DNA of 64,000 nt from an uncultured beta proteobacterium (lineage in GTDB: Bacteria; Pseudomonadota; Gammaproteobacteria; Burkholderiales; JACQAP01), in contig CAVOIO010000034.1 in NCBI GenBank assembly GCA_963695915.1, positions 15,654 to 79,653 on the forward strand, read 5' to 3'. The notes below the pieces were generated by a model. It saw nothing but the letters and a program-made list of their open reading frames with translations. It did no database searches and was not told where the DNA came from. The position numbers and the translations under genes are program-made. Each line of letters opens with the position of its first letter. Within the stretch, counting starts at the first letter, position 1. This document shows, piece after piece, positions 18,794 through 28,196 of the stretch.

Positions 18794-20125
18794 ATGGAGA
18801 AGTTCTTAAGTCTCAAGGCCCTGGTGCTGGGAGTCACCGCGGCGGGCGCACTCTCGGCAGCAGCGCAGACGTTCGCGCAGGCCAATGAACAGTTCGTTCC
18901 GGCACTCGTTTATCGAAGCGGCCCTTATGCGCCCAACGGCGTCCCCTTTGCAAACGGCTATGCGGACTATCTGACCCTGGTGAACGAACGCGACGGCGGC
19001 ATAAACGGTGTGAAGATCGTTTTCGAGGAATGCGAAACCGGCTACTCGACCGACCGCGGCGTAGAGTGCTACGAGCGCCTGAAGGGTAAGGGGCCCACCG
19101 GTGCGGCCGTGTTCAGCCCGCTCTCCACGGGGATCACCTACGCACTGACGGAAAAGGCGCCAGTGGACAAGATCCCGCTGATTACCATGGGCTACGGCCG
19201 CTCCGAATCCGTTGATGGGAGCGTGTTCGCATGGAACTTCCCGTTGCTGGGCACCTATTGGACTGCCGCCGACGTGATCATCCAGTACATCGGCCAAATG
19301 AACGGCGGCCTCGACAAGCTCAAGGGCAAGAAAATCGCACTGGTGTATCACGACTCGCCCTACGGCAAGGAGCCGATCCCGCTGCTCAACGAGCGCGCCA
19401 AGCGCCACGGCTTCGAACTGCTCACGATCCCGGTCACGCACCCGGGTGTGGAGCAAAAGGCGGCGTGGTTGCAGATCCGCCAGAACCGTCCCGATTACGT
19501 GCTGCTGTGGGGTTGGGGTGTGATGAACTCCACCGCGATCAAGGAAGCGGTGGCGGTGAACTATCCGCGCGACCACATGATCGGCGTATGGTGGGCCGGC
19601 GCCGAGCCCGACGTTCTGCCCGCTGGCGAAGACGCGAAGGGCTACAACTCCATCGCCCTGCAGCACTCGGCAGGCCAGATAGCGGTGCACGCGGACATCC
19701 TCAGGAATGTGTACGACAAGGGCAAAGGCGCAGGCAAGCGGGAGGAGGTGGGGCACGTGCTCTACAACCGCGGCATGCTCAACGCCATGCTGGTGGTCGA
19801 GTCGATCCGCGCTGCCCAGGGAAAATACGGCAAGAAACCGATGACTGGCGAACAGGTGCGCTGGGGCATAGAGAACCTCAACCTCGACCAGAACCGTATC
19901 AAGCAACTCGGTTTTGCCGGCATGCTGCAGCCATTAAAGGTGTCGTGCAATGATCACGAGGGCGTGCGCCATGCGCGTATCCACCAGTGGGACGGCGCCA
20001 AGTGGAAGTTCGTGTCGGACTGGATCGAAGGCGACAACACGCTGCTGCGGCCGATGGTGGACGAGGCGGCCAGGAAATACGCCAAGGAAAAGAACATCAC
20101 CCCGCGCGACTGTACAAAGGCGTGA
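18794..20125 (+). CDS. ABC transporter substrate-binding protein (type I PBP, LivK-like), secreted
   Basis: Strong SD aaggagg. Signal peptide MEKFLSLKALVLGVTAAGALSAAAQTFA. 443 aa, intact. Confidence 0.9.
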   Translation: MEKFLSLKALVLGVTAAGALSAAAQTFAQANEQFVPALVYRSGPYAPNGVPFANGYADYLTLVNERDGGINGVKIVFEECETGYSTDRGVECYERLKGKGPTGAAVFSPLSTGITYALTEKAPVDKIPLITMGYGRSESVDGSVFAWNFPLLGTYWTAADVIIQYIGQMNGGLDKLKGKKIALVYHDSPYGKEPIPLLNERAKRHGFELLTIPVTHPGVEQKAAWLQIRQNRPDYVLLWGWGVMNSTAIKEAVAVNYPRDHMIGVWWAGAEPDVLPAGEDAKGYNSIALQHSAGQIAVHADILRNVYDKGKGAGKREEVGHVLYNRGMLNAMLVVESIRAAQGKYGKKPMTGEQVRWGIENLNLDQNRIKQLGFAGMLQPLKVSCNDHEGVRHARIHQWDGAKWKFVSDWIEGDNTLLRPMVDEAARKYAKEKNITPRDCTKA

Positions 20126-20131
20126 ACGAAA

Positions 20132-20234
20132 GTGAGGGGGAAGGGGTGAATAAGCGAAGCGCTCCCCCTCCTCTGTGGCCCGGGGGAGAGGGCGCAGTGT
20201 GAGGGATCACGCATTCACCCTTCACGCATTCACC
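20132..20234. repeat. tandem-heptamer inverted-repeat element (GTGAGGG/GTGAATG type) with nested REP-like palindrome
   Basis: Left arm 20132-20151 gtgagggggaaggggtgaat. Right arm 20213-20234 attcacccttcacgcattcacc. The spacer carries ctccccctcctctgtggcccgggggagaggg (20162-20192). Confidence 0.7.
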
Positions 20235-20254
20235 TGCCGATTGCCAACCTGAAC

Positions 20255-21078
20255 ATGTCAGTACAAGCTCCAGCCGCCCTCCTGACCGTAAATAATATCG
20301 AGGTAATCTACGACCACGTGATCCTGGTGTTGAAGGGCGTCTCGCTCAAGGTGCCGGACGGCACGATCGTGGCCCTGCTCGGCGCCAATGGTGCGGGCAA
20401 GTCCACCACGCTCAAGGCGATCTCCAATCTGTTGCGCGCCGAGCGCGGCGAGGTCACCAAGGGCTCGGTCGGAATTCGACGGCGAGCGAATCGATCAGCT
20501 CAATCCCTCCGACGTGGTCAAGCGCGGAGTCGTGCAGGTGATGGAAGGCCGCCATTGCTTCGCCCATCTCACCGTGGAGGAGAACCTTCTCACCGGCGCG
20601 TTCACCCGCAACGTGGGTCGCACCGAGATCGCCGCAGACCTTGACAAGGTCTACGACCTATTTCCCGCGTCTGAAGCAGCGCCGCAGCAGCCAGGCCGGC
20701 TACACCTCGGGCGGTGAACAGCAGATGACGGCGGTAGGCCGCGCGCTGATGGCACGACCGAGGCATGATTCTTCTCGATGAACCCTCGATGGGACTCGGC
20801 GCCACAGATCGTCGAGGAAATCTTCGAAATCGTGCGCGGGCTGAACGAGAAGGAGAAACGTGAGCTTCCTGCTGGCCGAACAGAACACCAATGTCGCGTT
20901 GCGTCACGCCGATTACGGCTACATCCTTGAGAACGGCCGCGTCGTGATGGACGGCCCGGCGGCCGATCTCGCAAATAACGAAGACGTAAAGGAGTTCTAC
21001 CTCGGGCTTTCGACCTCCGGGCGCAAGAGCTTCCGCGATTCGAAGCATTACCGCCGCCGCAAGCGCTGGCTGGCTTGA
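20255..21078 (+). pseudogene. ABC transporter ATP-binding protein (LivF-like), frame broken about 5 times
   Basis: Walker [29 protein letters not shown] and [16 protein letters not shown] appear only after frame changes near 20468, 20660, 20763, 20795 and 20858. C-terminal part is VSFLLAEQNTNVAL... Confidence 0.85.
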
Positions 21079-21082
21079 CGGC

Positions 21083-21180
21083 GGTGAGGGGTGAGGAGCG
21101 AGGGACGAGGGTAAGAGTAAAGGCGCATACAGCCTACGTCTGTCTATTTCCTCGACCCTCGCCCCTCGTCCCTCGCCCCC
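21083..21180. repeat. tandem-heptamer inverted-repeat element (G[TC]GAGGG type)
   Basis: Left arm 21083-21111 ggtgaggggtgaggagcgagggacgaggg begins 4 nt after the stop. Right arm 21150-21180 cctcgaccctcgcccctcgtccctcgccccc ends 5 nt before ATG 21186. Confidence 0.8.
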
Positions 21181-21185
21181 GAATC

Positions 21186-22492
21186 ATGGACTACTACGAC
21201 GACCTCGAAACCCGGGAGCCGGAAGTACGGGAAAGCGCGCTGTTTGCAGCGTTGCCCGGACAGATCGCGCACGCCAGGGCAAATGCTCCTTACTTCGCGC
21301 GCCTGCTGAAGGATGTCGAACCGAACTCGATACGCGACCGCAAGGCGCTGGCGAAGCTGCCGGTCACGCGCAAGTCCGACCTGATTGCACTGCAGAAGGA
21401 CGCGCCGCCGTTCGCCGGAATGACGGCGGTTGCGACCGGCGCTCTGGGCCGGGTGTTCTCTTCACCGGGTCCGATTTACGACCCGCAGGGCGCCAGGGGT
21501 GATTTCTGGCGCATGGGCCGGGCGCTGTTCGCGGCGGGGTTCCGGCGCGGCGACCTGGTGCACAACACGTTCTCCTATCATTTCACGCCGGCGGGAATGA
21601 TGATGGATCTGGGCGCGCAGGCGATCGGCTGCGCGGTGTTCCCGGCCGGCATCGGGCAGACCGAACTGCAGGTCGCGGCGATTGCGGACCTTAAACCGGA
21701 TGGCTACGCCGGAACGCCTTCGTTCCTGAAGATCCTTCTCGAGAAAGCCGACGAACTGAAGGCCGACGCCTCGAGCCTGAAGAAAGCACTGGTGTCGGGC
21801 GAGGCCTTGCTGCCGCCGGTGCGCGACGTGGCTCAAGGCGCGCGGCATCGACGTGCGCCAATGCTACGGCACCGCGGACCTGGGGCTGATCGCCTACGAA
21901 ACCGAACCGATGGGCGGACTGATCGCGGACGAAGGCGTCATCGTCGAGATCCTGCGCCCCGGCACCGGCGATCCAGTCGCCGAAGGTGAAGTCGGGGAAG
22001 TGGTGGTGACGACGTTATGCACCGAGTATCCGCTGATCCGCTTCGCCACCGGCGATCTGTCCGCCGTGGCCGTCGGCATCAGCCCCTGCGGCCGCACCAA
22101 TACGCGCATCAGGGGATGGATGGGACGTGCCGACCAGACGACGAAAGTGAAAGGCATGTTCGTGCATCCTTCGCAGGTTGCGCAGGTGGTGAAACGCCAC
22201 CCGGAGATCCTGAGGGCGCGGTTGGTTGTGGACCATGATGCCGAAAAGAACGATCGCATGACGCTTGCGCTGCGAAGTCCGCAACCGGAACGATCTGCTG
22301 GCGCAGGCCATTACCAATACGCTGCGCGAGGTGTGCAAGCTGCGCGGACAGGTCGAGTTCGCCGACGCCGGCTCGCTGCCCAACGACGGCAAGGTTATCG
22401 AGGATTTACGCAAGTACGACTTAGTAACCCTCAGCGCAAAGGCGCGAAGGCGTAAGGATCGAAAGAAGGCGAAACGATCGAAGAACGTCTAG
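21186..22492 (+). pseudogene. phenylacetate-CoA ligase-like adenylate-forming enzyme (PaaK / F390-synthetase family), frame broken 2 times
   Basis: MDYYDDLETREPEVRESALF...LPVTRKSDL...FSSPGPIYDP..; YGTADLG..; KVKGMFVHPSQV. Frame changes near 21830 and 22265. The last 16 codons (..AKARRRKDRKKAKRSKNV) are encoded by the next repeat arm. Confidence 0.8.
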
Positions 22493-22552
22493 GATCAGGC
22501 GCTCTGTTCGCGACTGTCTTCACTCCTCACCCTTCGCTCCTCAGCGCTTCAC
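22444..22552. repeat. tandem-heptamer inverted-repeat element (GCGAAGG type)
   Basis: Left arm 22444-22487 gcgaaggcgtaaggatcgaaagaaggcgaaacgatcgaagaacg overlaps the 3' end of the upstream ORF. Right arm 22518-22552 cttcactcctcacccttcgctcctcagcgcttcac. Pairing is imperfect and can occur in several registers. Confidence 0.6.
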
Positions 22553-22575
22553 TTGGATTTGAAGCGAACGCCTAA

Positions 22576-23164
22576 ATGTCCACTCACTCGATCAGCAAGT
22601 ACCCCGTCCCGAAGCTCGAAGACCTGCCGCAGGACATCCGCGCCAAGATGCTGGAAGTGCAGCAGAAGGCCGGGTTCATTCCCAACGTGTTCCTGACGCT
22701 CGCGCACCGGCCGGACGAATTCCGCGCCTTTTTCGCCTACCACGACGCGCTCATGCTCAAGGACTCCGGGCTCAGCAAAGCCGAGAAGGAAATGATCGTG
22801 GTCGCCACCAGCGGGTTGAACCGGTGCCCCTATTGCGTGATCGCCCACGGCGCCATCCTGCGCATCTACGCGAAGAATCCGCAGATCGCCGACCAGGTCG
22901 GCGATCCATCACCGCAAGGCCGACATCACGCCGCGCCAGAAGGCAATGCTGGATTTCGCTTGCAAGCTCGCCCGCACTCCCGAGGCCCTGGCCGAAGCTG
23001 ATCACGAGGCGCTGCGCAATTACGGCTTCAGCGCCGAGGATATTTGGGACATCGGCGCCATCACCGCGTTGTTCGCGCTTTCAAACCGCATGGCGCATCT
23101 GATCGACATGCGCGCCAACGACGAGTTCTACCTGCTCGGGCGCGTTCCGCCACCCGGCCGGTAA
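22576..23164 (+). pseudogene. peroxidase-related / AhpD-like carboxymuconolactone-decarboxylase-family protein, one frame change
   Basis: ...EKEMIVVATSGLNRCPYCVIAHG... (CxxC-type AhpD core). One extra base near 22900 (ADQV|AIHHRKADITPRQKAMLDFACKL). Confidence 0.8.
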
Positions 23165-23210
23165 TCAGCCGAACCTCCTGTACGGCAAAGGTTTTGCGCT
23201 GGCCCGCCGG

Positions 23211-23219
23211 TGATATAAT
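23211..23219 (+). promoter_or_regulatory. extended -10 promoter element TGaTATAAT upstream of aceE
   Basis: ccggTGATATAATttt lies 78 nt upstream of ATG 23297. Only a weak -35 (ttttgc) is present at 16-nt spacing. Confidence 0.4.
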
Positions 23220-23296
23220 TTTTGCCAAAATCGGGCGCGGCGTCACGAACACCGCAGTCCCGAATTACGACCGCAACCTCACCAAAGGCAGAAATC

Positions 23297-25978
23297 ATGG
23301 CAGCGCTTCCGGATGACGATCCGCAGGAGACGAACGAGTGGCTGGATGCGCTCGACGGCCTGCTTCAGCACGAGGGCCCGGAGCGCGCGCACTATATTCT
23401 GGAGAAGCTGATCGAGAAGGCGCGCCGCTCGGGCGTGTACCTGCCATACAGCGCCAATACCGCCTACATCAATACCATTCCGCCCGGCAAGGAGGAGCGC
23501 TCCCCGGGAGACCACGAGCTGGAACACCGGATCCGCTCGTACGTGCGCTGGAACGCCGCCGCGATGGTGTTGCGCGCCAACAAGAAGTCCTCCGAACTGG
23601 GCGGCCACATCGCCAGCTTCGCCTCGGCCGCCACGCTCTACGACGTCGGCTTCAATCACTTCTGGCACGCGCCTTCGGAGAACCACGGCGGCGACATGCT
23701 GTTCTTCCAGGGACATTCCTCCACGGGGGTCTATGCGCGCGCCTTCATGCTCGGGCGGCTGACCCGGGAGCAGATGGACAACTTCCGCCAGGAAGTGGAG
23801 GGCAAGGGCCTGTCTTCCTATCCGCATCCGTGGCTGATGCCGGACTTCTGGCAGTTCCCGACGGTGTCGATGGGGCTGGGTCCGATCATGGCAATCTACC
23901 AGGCGCGCTTCATGAAGTACCTGCAGGACCGCGGCCTGGCCAACACCGAGGGCCGCAAGGTCTGGTGCTTCCTCGGCGACGGCGAGATGGACGAGCCCGA
24001 GTCGATGGGCGCGATCGGCGTGGCGTCGCGCGAAAAGCTCGACAACTTGATTTTCGTGGTGAACTGCAACCTGCAGCGCCTGGACGGCCCGGTGCGCGGC
24101 AACGGCAAGATCATCCAGGAACTCGAGTCGGATTTCCGCGGCGCCGGCTGGAACGTGATCAAGGTGATCTGGGGCTCCTACTGGGATCCGCTGCTGGCCA
24201 GGGACAGGAACGGCCTGCTGGTCAAGCGCATGGAAGAGTGCGTGGACGGCGAGTACCAGACGTTCAAGTCCAAGGATGGCGCCTACGTGCGCAAGCACTT
24301 CTTCGGCAAGTACCCGGAGTTGCTGGAGATGGTGGCCAACATGTCCGACGACGACATCTGGCGGCTGAATCGCGGCGGCCATGATCCGCACAAGATTTAC
24401 GCCGCGTATTCCGCGGCGGTGAAGCACCAGGGCCAGCCGACGGTGATCCTGGCCAAGACCATCAAGGGCTACGGGATGGGCGAGGCCGGCGAGGCGCAGA
24501 ACATCACTCACCAGCAGAAGAAGATGGGAACGACCTCGCTGAAGGCGTTCCGCGACCGCTTCAACCTGCCGGTCCCGGACGACAAACTGGAGGAAGTTCC
24601 CTACCTCACTTTCGAGGAAGGTTCACCCGAACTCGACTACATGCGCAAGCATCGCGAGGCGCTGGGCGGCTATCTGCCGTCGCGCCGCCCCAAGGGCGAC
24701 GCACTGGAAATACCGGCGTTGTCCGCCTTCGAACCGCTGCTGAAGAGTTCGGAGGAGCGCGAGGTTTCCACCACGATGGCGTTCGTGCGCATCCTCAACA
24801 TCCTGGTGAAGGACAAGAATATCGGCAAGCGCGTGGTGCCGATCGTGCCCGACGAATCCCGCACTTTCGGCATGGAAGGCATGTTCCGGCAACTGGGCAT
24901 CTGGTCTTCCGTCGGCCAGCTCTATACGCCGCAGGACGCCGACCAGTTGATGTTCTACAAGGAGGACAAGCACGGCCAGATCCTGCAGGAAGGCATCAAC
25001 GAGCCCGGGGCGATGTCCTCCTGGATCGCCGCGGCGACGTCGTATTCGACGCACGGCGTGTCGATGATCCCGTTCTACATCTACTACTCGATGTTCGGCT
25101 TCCAGCGCGTCGGCGACCTGGCCTGGGCGGCAGGCGACCAGCGCGCGCGCGGCTTTCTTCTGGGCGGGACTTCCGGCCGCACCACGCTGAACGGCGAGGG
25201 CCTGCAGCACGAGGACGGCCACAGCCACGTCCTGGCTTCGACCATCCCGAACTGCATTTCCTACGACCCGACCTTCTCCTACGAAGTGGCGGTGATCATC
25301 CAGGACGGCCTGCGCCGCATGGTCAGGGAGCAGCAGGACGTCTTTTTCTACATCACGCTGTTGAACGAGAACTACAGCCATCCGGCGATGCCGAAAGGCG
25401 CGGAAGACGGCATTCTCAAGGGGATGTACAGGCTGCGCGAGGGGAGAGGGGAGAGGGGAGAGGGGAGAGGGAAAAAGGACACCCCGAGAGTCCAATTGCT
25501 GGGCAGCGGCGCGATTCTGCGTGAAGTCATCGCCGCGCAGGACCTGCTGGAAAAGGACTTCGGCGTGTCCGCCGACGTGTGGAGCGCGACCAGCTTCAAC
25601 GAACTGCGCCGCGAGGGTCTCGAGGTACAGCGCTGGAACCTGCTGAATCCCGAGCAAAGTCCGCGCGAAACCTACGTGAGCCGGTGCCTGAATCACGCGC
25701 CCGGTCCGGTGGTTGCAGCGACCGATTACATGAAGATTTTCGCCGATCAGATCCGGCCGTTCATCTACAAGCCTTACGTGGTGCTCGGCACCGACGGTTT
25801 CGGCCGCTCCGACTACCGGCGGCAGTTGCGCAAGTTCTTCGAAGTGGATCGCTACTACGTCACCGTGGCCGCGCTCAAAGCGCTTGCCGATGAGGGCAGC
25901 GTGCCGGCCGCGACGGTGGCCAAGGCGATCAAGAAGTACGCGATCGATCCGGGCAAGCCGAATCCGGTTACGGTCTGA
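23297..25978 (+). CDS. aceE: pyruvate dehydrogenase E1 component (homodimeric type)
   Basis: Intact, 893 aa from MAALPDDDPQETNEWLDALDGLL. GGHIASFASAATLYDVGFNHFW and GDGEMDEPES are present. Co-linear with E. coli AceE as I recall it. Confidence 0.95.
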   Translation: MAALPDDDPQETNEWLDALDGLLQHEGPERAHYILEKLIEKARRSGVYLPYSANTAYINTIPPGKEERSPGDHELEHRIRSYVRWNAAAMVLRANKKSSELGGHIASFASAATLYDVGFNHFWHAPSENHGGDMLFFQGHSSTGVYARAFMLGRLTREQMDNFRQEVEGKGLSSYPHPWLMPDFWQFPTVSMGLGPIMAIYQARFMKYLQDRGLANTEGRKVWCFLGDGEMDEPESMGAIGVASREKLDNLIFVVNCNLQRLDGPVRGNGKIIQELESDFRGAGWNVIKVIWGSYWDPLLARDRNGLLVKRMEECVDGEYQTFKSKDGAYVRKHFFGKYPELLEMVANMSDDDIWRLNRGGHDPHKIYAAYSAAVKHQGQPTVILAKTIKGYGMGEAGEAQNITHQQKKMGTTSLKAFRDRFNLPVPDDKLEEVPYLTFEEGSPELDYMRKHREALGGYLPSRRPKGDALEIPALSAFEPLLKSSEEREVSTTMAFVRILNILVKDKNIGKRVVPIVPDESRTFGMEGMFRQLGIWSSVGQLYTPQDADQLMFYKEDKHGQILQEGINEPGAMSSWIAAATSYSTHGVSMIPFYIYYSMFGFQRVGDLAWAAGDQRARGFLLGGTSGRTTLNGEGLQHEDGHSHVLASTIPNCISYDPTFSYEVAVIIQDGLRRMVREQQDVFFYITLLNENYSHPAMPKGAEDGILKGMYRLREGRGERGEGRGKKDTPRVQLLGSGAILREVIAAQDLLEKDFGVSADVWSATSFNELRREGLEVQRWNLLNPEQSPRETYVSRCLNHAPGPVVAATDYMKIFADQIRPFIYKPYVVLGTDGFGRSDYRRQLRKFFEVDRYYVTVAALKALADEGSVPAATVAKAIKKYAIDPGKPNPVTV
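25441..25471. repeat. (GGGGAGA)x4 heptamer array in frame inside aceE
   Basis: ggggagaggggagaggggagaggggagaggg encodes ..LREGRGERGEGRGKKD.., in the loop that in E. coli AceE reads ..KLETIEGSKGKVQLLGSG. Confidence 0.85.
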
Positions 25979-25981
25979 ACC

Positions 25982-26154
25982 GAGTGAATGAGTGAAGGGT
26001 GAACGAGTGAAGGGTGAAAGACTCAGAACATGACCAAATCGGGGATTCCCTGTTGACCCGGCGGCGCGGACGAACGCTTTACCCGTTCACCTTTCACGCC
26101 TTCACACATTCACGCATTCACCATTCACTCATTCACCCTCATCACTGATTCACC
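25982..26154. repeat. tandem-heptamer inverted-repeat element (GTGAAGG/GTGAATG type) filling the aceE-aceF gap
   Basis: Left arm 25982-26020 gagtgaatgagtgaagggtgaacgagtgaagggtgaaag begins 3 nt after the aceE stop. Right arm 26077-26154 (ctttacccgttcacctttcacgccttcacacattcacgcattcaccattcactcattcaccc...) ends 9 nt before the aceF ATG. Confidence 0.85.
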
Positions 26155-26163
26155 GCATAAAAC

Positions 26164-27493
26164 ATGGGAAGCTTACGCGACGTCCTCGTCCCCGACATCG
26201 GCGATTTCAAGAACATCCCGGTGATCGAAGTCCTGGTCAAGCCGGGTGATACCGTCAAGGCGGAAGACTCGCTGATCACGCTCGAATCCGACAAGGCGAC
26301 GATGGAAGTCCCGGCGCCTTTCGCCGGCGTGGTCAAGGAAATGAAGATCAAGCCCGGCGACAAGGTATCGGAAGGCATGCCGATCCTTAGCCTGGAAATC
26401 AGCGAAGGTGCACGGCTTCCGCAGCCGCGGCCCCGCAGAAACCCGCCCCGGCACCGGCGCCGGCGACAGCCGTCCAGGCAGCCGCTCCGGCGGCCAAACC
26501 GGCGCCCGCACCTGCTCCCGCTCCCGCACCGTCCCCCAGCTTGCTGCCGTCGGGCCGATCGACGAGGCCGGCTTTTCCAAGGCGCACGCCAGCCCTTCGG
26601 TGCGCCGTTTCGCGCGCGAGCTGGGCGTCGATCTCGCCCGCGTCAAAGGCAGCGGCCCGAAGGAACGCATTCTCAAGGAAGACATCGCCAGCTTCGTAAA
26701 GAACGCGCTGGCGCAACCGGCCGGCGCGTCCGGTGGGGGCGCCGGTCTGGCGATTGGGACTCCCAGCCTGGCCGCAGGTGGACTTCGCGAAGTTCGGCCC
26801 GGTCGAAGACCAGCCGATGTCGCGCATCAAGAGGATTTCCGGCCCGGCCCTGCATCGCAACTGGGTGCATATCCCGCACGTTACCCAGAACGACGAAGCA
26901 GACATCACCGAACTCGAAGCCTTCCGCAAGAGCATGGCAGACGAAGCGCAGAAACAGGGCGTCAAGCTGACGCCGCTTGCGCTGATCATGAAAGCCGTGG
27001 TGGCCGCGCTCAAGGTCCACCCGGAGTTCAATTCCTCGATCGCGCCCTCGGGCGATGCGCTGATCCTGAAACGCTACTACCACATCGGGGTTGCCGTGGA
27101 CACGCCGGGCGGTCTGGTGGTGCCGGTGGTCCGCGACGTTGATCAGAAGGGCGTGCTGCAACTGGCGAAGGAACTGGGCGAGATGAGCGCCAAGGCGCGC
27201 GACGGCAAGCTCGGACCCGGCGGACATGCAGGGCGGCACTTTCTCGATATCCAGCCTCGGCGGAATCGGCGGCACGCATTTCACGCCGATCATCAATGCG
27301 CCCGGAAGTCGCTATTCTCGGCGTATCGAAATCGACGACCAAACCGGTGTGGAAGGACGGCCAGTTCGTGCCGCGGCTGATGTTGCCGTTGTCGCTGTCC
27401 TACGATCACCGTGCGGTCGACGGCGCGCAGGGAGCAAGGTTCATTACCTACCTCAATAGCGTGTTGTCAGACATCCGCCGGGTGCTCCTCTGA
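26164..27493 (+). pseudogene. aceF: dihydrolipoamide acetyltransferase E2 of pyruvate dehydrogenase, frame broken about 5 times
   Basis: One lipoyl domain (LESDKATMEVPAP), an Ala/Pro linker, E3-binding domain (ASPSVRRFARELGVDL) and the catalytic domain ([13 protein letters not shown]). Frame changes near 26405, 26535, 26755, 27220 and 27300. Confidence 0.9.
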
Positions 27494-27524
27494 ACAACTC
27501 GGGGCGGAAGGCGGTTCTCGGCGC

Positions 27525-28196
27525 GTGACTTTGCCCGCTCTCGGTGTTCTCGGCGGAACGTTTGACCCCATCCATTTCGGGCATCTGCGGCTGGCGCAGG
27601 AACTTGCGGACGCACTCGGGCTGGCACGCGTGCGCTTCATTCCCACCGGCACTCCACCGCACCGAGACGCCGCCGACGGTTAGCGGCACGCATCGCCTGG
27701 AGATGGTGCGAATCGCGATCGCCGGCAATCCCCTTTTCGAATCGGACGACCGGGAGATACGTCGCGACGGTATCAGCTACACCTACGATACCTTGATCCG
27801 AATTGCGCGAACAGTTGGGAGAGCGGCCGCTGTGCCTGCTGATGGGTGCGGATGCATTTACCGCACTGACCACCTGGCACCGCTGGCAGGAGTTGTTCGA
27901 CCTCGCTCATGTCGTGATCGCGCATCGACCGGGATTTCGGCTGCAGGAACTGCAGGCCTCGCTGCCGGCCCCGCTGCGACAAAATCTACTCTGCAACGCC
28001 TGGCCGGCGCACCGGGTATCGCTGCGCTGCACACGCCGGGTCGGTTCTTACCCGTGAAATCACGGCGCTCGACATCTCGGCCACCCGCATCCGCGCCCTG
28101 TTGGCGCAGGGCTCAAGCCCGCGCTATCTGGCCCCGGATGTCGTTCTCGAATACATTGACCACAACCACCTTTACAAGGATTCCGATGCACGTTGA
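27525..28196 (+). pseudogene. nadD: nicotinate-nucleotide adenylyltransferase, frame broken about 4 times
   Basis: [15 protein letters not shown] (HxGH motif) and ..ISATRIRALL.. (ISSTxxR-like motif). Frame changes near 27665, 27800, 27985 and 28055. Confidence 0.8.

Noticed and set aside
25441-25471. aceE heptamer tract as a phase-variation (contingency) switch
   Set aside because: aceE is a core metabolic gene, and the tract is short (4 units) and sits in a loop-coding region. Domesticated repeat material is more plausible than an on/off switch. I kept it as a finding only for its origin.
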